Below, in pieces: positions 40,445 through 52,100 of a stretch of 64,000 nt of DNA (position 1 is its first letter; each line of letters begins with the position of its first letter). Under the pieces are notes generated by a model. It saw nothing but the letters and a program-made list of their open reading frames with translations, did no database searches and had not been told where the DNA came from. A program made the translations under genes and the position numbers. This DNA is from Styela clava (Eukaryota): contig NC_135259.1 of NCBI RefSeq assembly GCF_964204865.1, positions 12,586,001 through 12,650,000 on the forward strand, read 5' to 3'.

Positions 40445-41933
40445 ATTCGCTTTGGAACTTTTCTGGAACGGGTTTTGTTTTTCGAACAAATATTCCGAAA
40501 CCCATTTCTAAAAGATCCCGACTGAATATTTGACTATCATCAAACGAATATAAATTTAGACATCGGCTCGTAATTTGGGTATTCGCATCGGAACATAGCG
40601 GAAAGAGCTGTCTTCATATCATTAGCTCTTTACGGTGTGTCCTACTGCGAGTACAACTTACACAACACTAGTTATACTGTTTACTATAAGTCAATGTTAT
40701 GAAGAAACGCAGACAAGAAAATTGATACCTCGCTTCGGAACATATCGGAAAGGGCTGCTATAGTATTCAGCTCGTTCTGAAATGTCCTAACGTGAGTTGA
40801 TCTCGGATATCTTCACTATATCACCTCAACTATGATTACCTCACTATATTTGGAGGTTTACTACGGAACATAACGAAAACGGCTGGTTATTGTATAGGTG
40901 TTCCGCCTGGTCCGCTATGTCCTAATGTACGCTCATCTTGCTTTCACCCGTTTTCCGATTCCTACTTTCCGATCTTTACGTTGAAACTTATTTAGAAACA
41001 GGCCGTGTCTTAGATGGCAGTTTCAAATAAGATTCAAAGCAAATTGAGGACTTTCACGCAACGAAAAGAGAAGAATTATATTTGAATTGTCCATATTTGG
41101 TTTCGTATTGGAACTTACTTGGAACGGATTTGAGGGACATTATGTAAGACCTTTCCGGTAAGATCCACAACGAAGGAAATACTGTCTCCTACTACAAGTC
41201 ATATGTATTTTGTTAATACTGTTTTAAAGTAAGACAACGATTGTTTCGGGTTTTCACAAAGGAACATGGCGGAAAGTGCTGTTTGAAATAAAACTCAGCT
41301 AATTCCATCATGTCCAATGTGATTACACCGTCTATCAGAGATGCAAGAAGAAAATATTGGACAGTGGCCTTCGGAACATAACGGAAAAGGCTGTTCCCAG
41401 TTTCTGCCTTCTGCGATATGTCTCAATGACCGCGGTACTTCAATTTCTACAATCCAAAAATTTGTTTATAATTTTCAAGATACAGGTAAACTAAACATAA
41501 CTTTTACTGGAGTGTGGTCTTCGGAACATAACGGAAATGGCTGTTTTCATCTTCGGTCTTTTCCGGTATGTCTCAACGGCCACGAAACTTCAATTTCTAC
41601 AATTTTTTATGGGTATAATTTAGGAAATCAAAAATCACATTTAAATAATGAAGAGTGGCTTGTGGAACACAGCTATGCTTCAATTTCTACAATCTGCCTA
41701 AGTATGGAACAAAATCCAATACGTGCTGGGATGTGGTCTTCGGAACATAACGGAAAGGGCTGTTATCATATTCTACCTTTTCCGATATGTCTCAATAACC
41801 GCAATGCTTAAATTTCTTCTACAGTGTTGCATTGAAACATCTGTGAATATTTTCTTAAGACGCAATGAAACTTATATTGGAACGGGCCGTGTATTTAATA
41901 AAATGGCGGTTGCTTATAAGTTTTGTAGAGTCT
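40445..41933 (+). ncRNA. Predicted polycistronic miRNA cluster R (11 hairpins plus one truncated unit at ~41655)
   Basis: 5' arms: family 1 (T/A)CGGAACATAACGGAAAGGGCTG-like at 40588, 40735, 40863, 41259, 41371, 41521, 41740; family 2 TG(G/A)AACTT-type at 40452, 40981, 41108, 41865; each is followed by a complementary 3' arm and basal stem. Confidence 0.8.
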
Positions 41934-42728
41934 TAAGACCTTACTCAAATAATGACATAGATTTAATAGAAAACTTGAAAATATTTCATTTTCAAGGCTT
42001 CAAACTGTGTCGTCGTCTGCTCTCTCGCTTTGCTGTGAAGTAGCTCAAATATCGACTTTCTATTCTTGAATTCGGGCATTTTTATGCAATCCAATAGTCG
42101 ACCTCAGTGACAAAGTAATGCAAAAATTAGACTTCAAAAAACAAGCTGCCAATTATCATAAAACGATTCAGCTAGAATATAGTGGGGAGATTTGTCTATT
42201 TCTCACGACCAAATTGCGAAGGATTGAAATTTTGCACGATTAACTACACGCCAGCTTCAATAATAATCCCTCGTTAGCACCGTTATATTGATCATCAGTG
42301 TGCGAATGTACTACAGAGTGTACACAACAGGTTTGTGTGGATGAGGTTTTTAAAAAATCAGCCATTTCCTGTCATTATCAGATGTTCGATAGATTTAGTA
42401 AACTATAGAAGTATTTACAGTAAAAAAAGCACAGATTTCCATAGAATTACAGTTGAATATCCACACAAACCAGACAACAACATCAAGTTCATTAATGAAT
42501 ATTCAGCACGTTGATATTGATCATCGCGAATGTAACACATAATACAAGTTAATTGTATTGAATATATGCCGGTTGTTTTTGCACTTACATCATATGTACC
42601 ACCGTGTACATGTTAAACTTTTTATAAATTACTTATCTTAACAGTTTGTTCTATTGAATTTATTTACACCCACCGTCATCTGTCGTACGCGGTTAGCGTG
42701 ATCTGTCAATAATGTCTAGACACTAGAC

Positions 42729-43617
42729 CAGGGATGTTCCACCTGCGGCCCGCGGGTCGAATGCGGCCCACAGGAAGAATTCGTGCGGCCCACTTGAAGT
42801 TTTTATATAAATACAGACATATAAACATATTTAACGTGAGAAAGTTTCCTGGTATGATATCAAATCTTACTAGAATTTAGGCTATAATTTCACGCGACTC
42901 CGCCATAAAAAAGCGTTGTTAAGCGCCTTAGAACATGATTTTACATTGGGCCACTCAAGCTTGCAACATCTGTGGCGACAATGAACTAAGTCATCGAGGT
43001 TGAAGTCACATACCGGTACTGTGTTTTATCGATGGTAGTTGACGAACCACAAAACCAATTCCACCGGTATGTGTGGAACAAAATAGATGAAGCTTGAGGA
43101 CGAAAATCGGAAATATCAAAAAGATTGAGAAGAGTTGTAGGACAACGATGTATGCCTAATATGCTGTTTCGAGTTTGAAGTCGTATAATTTGAAAATTAT
43201 GAAGTCGAAGCATAGGAGTAAGCTGACGATCGAAAATTTGACAAGCCAGTTAGTTACATTGTGCTATACCAAAACTACCCGTTGGTATGAAACAGTTAAG
43301 AATTGACAATCAAAAGCAAGTTTCGAATTAGTTAAAGAAAAAATGCTGACTCTATTTTATTTCCTGTGATTTTTCACGCCAATGTATGTGCATTTTGCAT
43401 AAAAGCTGAATTGAATTTCATGGTCCATGGTGCGGGCATCTTGTGTTCAGAAACCCGCAAAATTGTTGTGCAATCCAGGCGTTTGAGTTAGTGACGCTCA
43501 AATTCTAACGTAAATCGGAATTAGGTTGGTATCTGAGTTCGGTAAAAACCTTTGCGGCCCGCAATGATTTTCCCCATGTGAAAGTGGCCGCCACACTAAA
43601 AAGGTTGGACATGCCTG
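42729..43617 (+). mobile_element. Non-autonomous hAT (Charlie-like) deletion derivative
   Basis: CAGGGATGTTC...GGACATGCCTG TIRs, 8-bp TSD C(A/T)CTAGAC, remnant transposase C-terminus MKSKHRSKLTIENLTSQL..QKQVSN*. Confidence 0.85.
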
Positions 43618-44914
43618 CTCTAGACAAAAAAAAAGTGATGCCAAATTTTTAAAGCCTCAATTATATGAAGTTCAATACTGTCTTTTACAGTTGAATGTCT
43701 TTCAAATTATTTAATTGCTCACATAGAACTCATTGACAAAGTAACGCAATAATTTAACTTCGAAAAGAGAGCTGCCAAACATCCTAAAACGACCACGTAG
43801 AATATATTAGGGAGATTTGTCTATTTGTCACGACCAAATTGCGGAAGATTGCATTCTGAACGATCTAACTACACGTCAGTCCCAATCGTTGGCACATTGA
43901 TATTGATCATCAGTGTGAGAATATACCGCAGAGTGTATACAACAGGTTTGTGGATTGAATCAAATACAAGAAATTTTTTTTTTTTAAATCGGCCATTGGA
44001 TGTCATTTTCAGATGTCCAAAAGATGGAGCGGAATAGAGTAAATTATAAAAGTATTTACAGTGAAAAAGCCCATATTTCAATAGAATTTTAAAAATAACA
44101 ATACAATTTACAAATAGAAAACTATACAAATCAGACAGTTGTCAACCTCTTAAGGTGAATGCTATTACTTCATCTGAAATAATCCGAAAACATATTTATA
44201 GAGGCAAACATATCTCGCAACAATGATAATCACACGTTAGTCATTCGTTTGATTGCTGAAAACTACATCACGTCATACACGCTAAATGAAGAAATGATAA
44301 ATAGATGTAACACAACCGAAGTGACGCCATGATTATAAAACTAACTCAGACTTTTTGATAAAAAAAAAGACAGACTAAAATAGAACGCAATAAAAAAAAT
44401 TCTAGAGACAATGAAAACGCTTAAAGCTAGAAAAAGAATTGTATTTTGTGTTTGACACTTTTGTCATAAACAAGAACAATGAAAATAACAAACGGCAGCA
44501 ACTACGTTAGTTAATCAGATTATTTATAATCTAACTGAGCCTCGAATGCGAGATCTCATGATTAATGTTGTCGGTAACTTAGGCAGCTTGTCATCCTTCA
44601 TACTTCAAACATTAATACAATATAACGTTTCAATACCATAGATTAAAAACACTTTTTGGGCAATTTTGTAAAATGGTCAACTTCAGATATAGATATTCAA
44701 TCAGTATTTTGGAAATAATATGTGAAATATGCAAAAAAAAATTCATCCGTTTTTTTAATTCGATAAAAATGAAGTTTTTAACTAACGAATTTACACTTTT
44801 TTGTTGAAAAATGGTCGCCGTATTTCATTTTGTTGTCAATTTATAGCGAAAATGCACATATTTCAATATAACATCCAAATGTACCAAACAATTTGCGAAA
44901 AGAAAACACTCAAT

Positions 44915-45793
44915 TCAAACAGTTTTCAAGCCATGTAATGTTTCATCTTTCTGAGTTTTACGGAATACGATTGTAGGATAAACATATGTCAAGATGAAAG
45001 ATAATTCCTCATCTGCAGTATTTTCAACATCTAGAAGTTTCTTGACTTTTTTTGCGAGAACGTCAAGCGGATCATTGCATGAAGTATAGTTACCAATGTG
45101 ATATTCGCCCATACTTGCAAAAAAATCTTTGTATTCTGACATAGTGTATATTGCATTGCTTTTGATTCCACTGATCCACTCTTTTGTATTATTTTTCAGT
45201 TGTTTAAAAATTTCGACATAGAAATCGAACGCCACTGTTGTACGGTGGTGTGCGTTCACATTGCTCAGATAATCACGATGTACTTCTATCAGAGAAATAC
45301 TTTTAATGTTTCCTTCATTACTCTGAGTCACTTTAGTTGCTTTTATAGGAACATAAGTGTATATTGCGCAGCATCCACCAGGCTTTAAAACTCTTTCACA
45401 TTCTCTTTCGAATATTTCCATATCAAGCCAATGCGCGGAACAAGCACACGTTACCAAGTCGATGGTACTATCTTCCACGGGTAACAGATTATCATCAACC
45501 AGTTGAAAGCATACATTTTCGCTTGTGTTGATTTTGTTTGCTAAAAGTATTTGAGCTTCGCTGATATCGATACCTAGAATTGATTCAAAATGATGTGAGT
45601 ACATATGAGTGTTCTGGCCGCTACCGCATCCAACGTCAATCATTTTTCTTGGTTTACAATTAGGTTTGATTCCGTCTTTCAAATACTTCAAAACAGATTC
45701 CAATATTTCTGTAGGATATGTTGGTCGACTTACCATGTACAAATTTGCTAATTTGCTACCTTCATAATATCGATAAATTTTAGCTGGCAACAT
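44915..45793 (-). CDS. Class I SAM-dependent methyltransferase (Methyltransf_11/25-like), intronless
   Basis: 292-aa ORF: RPTYP, IDVGCGSGQ motif I, GIDISEAQI, DLVT..SAHW, ERVLKPGG. Confidence 0.9.
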   Translation of the reverse strand: MLPAKIYRYYEGSKLANLYMVSRPTYPTEILESVLKYLKDGIKPNCKPRKMIDVGCGSGQNTHMYSHHFESILGIDISEAQILLANKINTSENVCFQLVDDNLLPVEDSTIDLVTCACSAHWLDMEIFERECERVLKPGGCCAIYTYVPIKATKVTQSNEGNIKSISLIEVHRDYLSNVNAHHRTTVAFDFYVEIFKQLKNNTKEWISGIKSNAIYTMSEYKDFFASMGEYHIGNYTSCNDPLDVLAKKVKKLLDVENTADEELSFILTYVYPTIVFRKTQKDETLHGLKTV

Positions 45794-46212
45794 ATCCTAT
45801 CGCGTTAACAGCTTCATACCAAACTCGTACTTCATGAATTGAGTCCGTACTTTTTCCTATTTTCGACATCAGTTACTCAAATTGATTTCATTGGCACGCA
45901 AGTTGCAGTTCTCGTGCTCACTAACGAGTCACAGAAGTCACGGTTAACTTTTTTTGAACAACATCAATTCCATTAATGAATATTCAGCACGTTGATACTG
46001 ATCATCGCGAATGTAACACATAATACAAGTTAATTGTATTGAATATATGCCGGTTGTTTTTGCACTTACACCATATGTACCACCGTGTACATGTTAAACT
46101 TTTTATAAATTACTTATCTTAACAGTTTGTTCTATTGAATTTATTCACAGCCACCATCAGCCGTCGTACTCGGTTGGCCGTGATCTGTCATTAATGTCTC
46201 TAGACTCTAGAC

Positions 46213-46786
46213 CAGGGATGTTCAATCTGTGGCCCGCAGGTCGCATGCGGCCCACAGGAAGAATTCGTGCGGCCCACTTGAAGTTTTTATATAAATACAG
46301 ACATATAAACATATTTAACATGAGAAAATTTCCTGGTATGATATCAAATCTTAATAGAATTTAGGCTATAAATTCACGCGACTCCGCCATAAGAAAAGCG
46401 TTGTTAAGCGCCTCAGAACATGATTTTACACAGGGCCACTCAAACTTGCAACATCTGTGGCGACAATGAACTCATTGTGGAGTCATCGAGGTCATACCGA
46501 TTCTGGGTTTTATCGATGGTAGTTGACGATAGATGAAGCTTGAGGACGAAAATCGGAAATATCAAAAGGATTGAGAAGAGTTTCAAGACAACGATGTATG
46601 CCTAATACGCCGTTTTGAGTTTGAAGTCGTATAATTTGAAAATTCTAGACGTTTGAGTTAGTGACGCTCAAATTCTGACGTAAATCAGAATTGGGTTGGT
46701 TTTTAAGTTCGGTAAAAACGTTTGCGGCCGCAATAATTTTCCCCATGTGAAAGTGGCCGCCACACTAAAAAGGTTGGACATGCCTG
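46213..46786 (+). mobile_element. Duplicated hAT (Charlie-like) element with further internal deletions
   Basis: Perfect TSD CTCTAGAC on both sides. Confidence 0.85.
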
Positions 46787-48021
46787 CTCTAGACGAAAAA
46801 AAAAGTGATGCCAAATTTTGAAATGTCTTTCAAATTATTTAATTGCTCACATAGAACTCATTGACAAAGTAATGCAATAATTAAACTTCGGAAAAGAGAG
46901 CTGCCAAACATCCTTAAACGACCACGTAGAATAAATTAGGGAGATTTGTCTATTTGTCACGACCAAATTGCGAAAGATTTAAATTCTGAACGATCCAACT
47001 ACACGTCAGCTTGAATCGTTAGCACATTGATATTGATCAACCATGTGAGAATATACCGCAGAGTGTATACAACAGGTTTGTGGATTGGATCAAATACAAA
47101 AGAAAATTTTTTTTTAAAATCAGCCATTGGTTGTCATTCTCAGATGTCCAAGAGATGGAGCGAAATAGAGTAAAATTATAAAAGTATTTACAGTGAAAAA
47201 GCCCATATTTCAATAGAATTCCAAAAATAACAATACAATTTACTAAAAGAAAACTACACAAATCAGACAGTTGTCAACCTCTTAAGGTGAATGCTATTTC
47301 TTCATCTGAATTAATCCGAAAACATATTTATATAGGCAAACATATCTCGTAACAATGATAATCACACGTTAGTCATTCGTTTGATCGCTGAATACTACAC
47401 CACGTCATACACGCTTATTGAAGAAGTAATATTTTGATGCATCACAACCGAAGTGACGCCATGAATATAAGACTAACTCAGACTTTTTGATAAAAAAAAA
47501 AGATGGACTTAAAGAGAACGCAATAAAAAAAATTCTAGAGACAATGAAAACGCTTTAAGCTAGAAAAAGAAATTGTATTTTGTGTTTGACATTTTCGTCA
47601 TTAACAAGAACAATGAAAATAACAAACGGCAGCAACTACGTTAGTTAGTTGGATTATTTATAATCTGACTGAGCCTCGAATTCGAGATCTCATGATTAAT
47701 GTTGTCGGTAACTTAGACAGCTTGTTATCCTTCATACTTCAAACATTAATACAATATAACGTTTCAATATTATATATTATAAAATCACTTTTTGGGCAAT
47801 TCAGTATTTTGGAAATAATATGTGAAATATGCAATTTTTTTTTCATTCGTTATTTTTTTAATTCGATAAAAATGATAAAATTTTTACCTAACAAATTTAC
47901 ACTTTATTTGTTAAAAAATGATCGCCGTATTTCATTTTGTTGTCAATTTATAGCGAGAATGCACATATGTCAATATAACATTCAAATGTACCAAACAATT
48001 TGCGAAAAGAAAACACTCAAT

Positions 48022-48135
48022 TCAAACAGTTTTCAAGCCATGTAATGTTTCTCTTTCTGAGTTTTACGGAATGCGATTGTAGGATAAACATAATTTGCTA
48101 CCTTCATAATATCGATAAATTTTAGATGACGACAT
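48022..48135 (-). pseudogene. Internally deleted methyltransferase duplicate
   Basis: First ~15 codons fused to the last ~24 codons; ~764 bp missing (equivalent to 44987-45750), frameshifted. Confidence 0.85.
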
Positions 48136-49171
48136 GTCAAATCCGAATCATTAACTAATAACCTGAACATAACAATTTGAACTGATTTTACAATAACGCG
48201 ATTTTATTAACTAGTATTTAGAAAAACGCAAAACGAATTATAATCAATACCTTCACGTTGATAATGATAATCAGACTATAGAATAATTATATTGCATCAA
48301 CCTTGGCTATTGTTGCACGTTCGCCATTCATTTAAAAATTGATTAACATCAACGATCGAAAAGTACAATTAATCCAAATTGAAGAGTTTTTATTGCGTAT
48401 ATCAGTCGTAAGCCGTTGTTCTCATTTGGCTGTGAGCCCTCAATAGTTACGGAATAGATGAGGGTATTGTTATGCCCATTTTTGGAAAATAAATCAAATA
48501 TGTTAAATTCACCACCGCTCCTGATTTGTTAATTTGAACGGCGAATCACATTGCTCGGAAGTCTTTTTTTCTTATGAATGAGAGCGGGTAACTTAGTTCG
48601 AACAAATTTCTCCTAAAAAAATTAACCTGAGTTTGTCGAGTTCAAGAAGGAACCCAAATTACGGTTTAGCTTCAGTCAAAAGTTATGAGGAAGAAAATAT
48701 TCCCACTAAAAAGTTTCTTTACTGTTCTTGGCTGACACCAAACATCTTCGCTCACGTGACATTTTTAGGATTGCGCCACCCCTTCCCAATTGTTCCTTGA
48801 TCGTTTTTTCGTAACTTTATATTTTGTAGTCAACCTTTTCTTGTCAGAACCTTTTTTAATATCATAAATTGCTTGCAAAGCACCAAATGAAAATTTCTGA
48901 TTTGTGTCAACACAAATAACTTTCGACCCGAGTAGCAAGAGAGCTAACAGATTGTAATTCATGGCTTCAAAATCAGCTAATATTCTTAATGCTTTCTGAT
49001 ACTGAGCAAAACAACTCCATAACAAATAAAAAATAATATTAATAATTAGGAAGATGATTTTATTCTCTAAAATTTTTCAAGGCTCAACCTACAGCACAAA
49101 AATTAAACGTATTATTTTTACACCATCACGTCTACTATTATTGTCACAATAATTGATGCGGCACCAATGTT

Positions 49172-52100
49172 TCAGTAACATTTCAATGGTCCTAAAGTGT
49201 AGTATCCAAAATACGATGTCGAGGTATAATAGAATCCAAAGTGCATTCCAGTAACTGGAAGTACATTTTTATCATAAAGATATCCAGCATCGACTCGATC
49301 TGGAGACGAACCGTAGTAATCACAGTTGCACTTGTGACTATAAGTAGTGCCAGGCTGGCAAGATCCTGAAGTGAATGATATAGTTATGACAGATTACGTT
49401 TTGAGTTCCGTCAGAGTTGGCGACAAGTGCAGAAATAGATTCGCTTCAATATGACCGATATCTTACACTGACCAAGACGATTTAAAAAAACAACAATTTG
49501 CACAAGTCAAAGCCAGCTGGGCTAAAATGTCGTTCGCGAAATAGTCATAGAGGTAACTTTTTTATTTCTTCTAGATGTCGACAAGAAACTTAATATTACT
49601 GAAGTGAATAGTTTAAAGTTCAAACAAAATAACAATCAAATCTATTTGGGGTTCAAATCACAGTATACTTTCACAAATTGAATTTGTCAAATTTAATACG
49701 TCTTGCTACTAATTTCGGACAATAAAAAAGACTGAAAGTGACGCCACATAGTGGATTAGAATTGCAGCAACAGAGACAAAAGTTGTTTAAATTGCAACAA
49801 TCATGTGAATAATGAAGAATATGTAATAAATGGTGAGATCGTCAGGTAATCAGGTTAGTCATTGAATAAATGATGGGGAATAGAATTGAACAGGGGTTGT
49901 GAATAGTGATGCCCACCTGTTTCTCCACAAGCACAATATCCATCATGATTAGGATCAGCTCCTCCCCAGTACGTCATATTGTTTCCTTGTCTCGAAATCC
50001 ACCAAGTGTATCCGCCGTACAGCATTCCCGTTCTACGACATTGCCACTAAACAGAGTCGTAAATTAAAACAAGATAGCGAAACTCAAATATATGGATACG
50101 AAGAGCCAATCAATACCTAACCGCAGGGTACTCCCGTACAATGTAAACCAAGATGGCAGACACCGGAACGTAATATGTGTACCAGGTTAGGGTTAGGCCA
50201 TAATTTTAAGTACAAATACCACGGGAGCCACTGGTCTAGTCCCCAAACTCGTAATAGAATTTAAAAAAAAGGAAAATTGTAATAAAATTATGGACTAACC
50301 CTAACCTGGTACACCACATACTATGTTCCGGTGTCCACCATCTTGGTTCACATACTACAGGAGCGCAAACCGCAGTGCCGGTAACCCACGCGAATCATAC
50401 GGAAATATGTCGCAAAAGCTTACAGAACCGAGTTCGCAAAATTAAAACGGAGGACAGCGTTGACGTAGGACGTACCGCATGACAGAATTAAAACGGTGTT
50501 CCCCCGAATAAAAAAGTGAAATTTTGGATGAAATATCTGATCTCATAGAATTCATACAAAATTTAGGACCCATGAAAAGTAATAATAGACTTCTGCCGAT
50601 AACAACAATCTCTAACCACTAAAGATTTCAAGCTAATTGGTCTAGTAGTTGAAGTAAAAGGTGATTTATTTCACGACAACAACAAGAATACCAACAACAA
50701 CAACATAATAACGAAACGATCCTCTCGCTTCATTACAGTTTTTAAGTAGTTTGTAATGTGTGCACAAACGAGTATTACAATAGAAATGATGTCACTATGT
50801 AACAAAAAATCTTATTTTTAATACAGCTAATACAAAGCAAAATTCTTTACCAAGAAAGACGAAATTTCTCCTCTGAGGGAGTTTCACACTAATTGGGAAA
50901 TATGCAGTTATCTGAGCATTCAGAGTCGTAACAATTCATACTAGCAGAGGTAACGCCTTGCTTAGTAGTGAGCATCGGAGTTAACAAAAAGATGGCGGAT
51001 TGGTCTGACGCAACACCAGCACTTATCGTAAAAATAGAACATTTTTGGGTGAAATAACGTGCCCAGTAGAACTGGGGGTAAGTATGAAATAAGATATTAA
51101 TAGCCTTATAGCGACTTCCATCTTTGAATATTGAGAATTATACATTAACCACAATAACAAGTCCCTCAGAAACAACTTGGCAAAACGTTCCATTTCGTAG
51201 CAAACTTCGTGTTCAATAACATTTTAATTAATGACCATGAGCTTTTGACGATCACTATAAAAAAAACGTGGGTTGTTTGTTCAGAACGCGTGGGACGTGT
51301 TGTAGCTACTCGATATTTTGGATTGTTTAAACTTTCCCAGACCATAGTATTCGCGAAAAGCCTTTGCTTGAAGTAAAAAGTAAAAGCTGACCTCAATGTA
51401 TTGCTCGCAGTAATTGGATCCGTTAATAAGAGCACTAATTTGTTCCATAGTTACATTGTAGTTGACTTTAATATCGTTGTCAGTATTGTAAGTAAGTTGG
51501 GAACTCTTACTTTCTTTATCATGATGTACAACTGTTATCCCTGTCCCAAAATAAGATTATGATGAAGGTTGGATTCAACAAGAGTGCAATTACTTGTATC
51601 TTATATTATTAACTTCTGAAGTTGAAAAAGAATGAAACAAGATATATACATAAATAGTTTAGGCTCATCTGGGCTGATTCCCGATCTGTACCGACCTGTT
51701 CCAGGATAAGAATCCATATCGCAATAAACTTCAAACGGTTGAACACCAGCACCAGGAGCTATTGTATAGTTTCCTGATGGGTTTCCGTCTTTCTTGAGAC
51801 CAGCACAATCCTTGGTGCTCACTGAAATTTTAAAAAAACGGTCGAAATATATGTTAGAATTAATTGTATCAGATGAACTTCACCGTAGCAAAGAGAAATA
51901 CCTTTGCTCTCGCACACTAACGTTTCTACTGTTTACTTACCTTTTACACGTGTGAATAGCTTGAAAATCACACTTATTTCGTTGTAACTCACGGGAAGAT
52001 ATAAGTCAACTAATTAAATTTGAATTTAGAGATAAAATGATAAAAGTAAAAATGTTTATGTACATTAAAAAATAATTCTTCTTGCAATTGCATTGAAATG

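Larger units (their letters stand above)
42476..48135 (+). repeat. Tandem segmental duplication (unit 1 ~42476-45795, unit 2 ~45957-48135); a third diverged partial copy at ~42105-42445
   Basis: Long collinear near-identity including the hAT element and methyltransferase 3' flank. Confidence 0.9.

Noticed and set aside
41341-41811. 156-aa ORF with SSEHNGKGC repeats
   Set aside because: Chance translation of the tandem hairpin units; the corresponding left-cluster units show no comparable ORF
34428-41933. Large foldback or TIR transposon with sub-terminal repeats
   Set aside because: No terminal inverted repeats or TSD at the outer ends, no transposase; conservation is limited to hairpin arms and the inner leader and tolerates G:U
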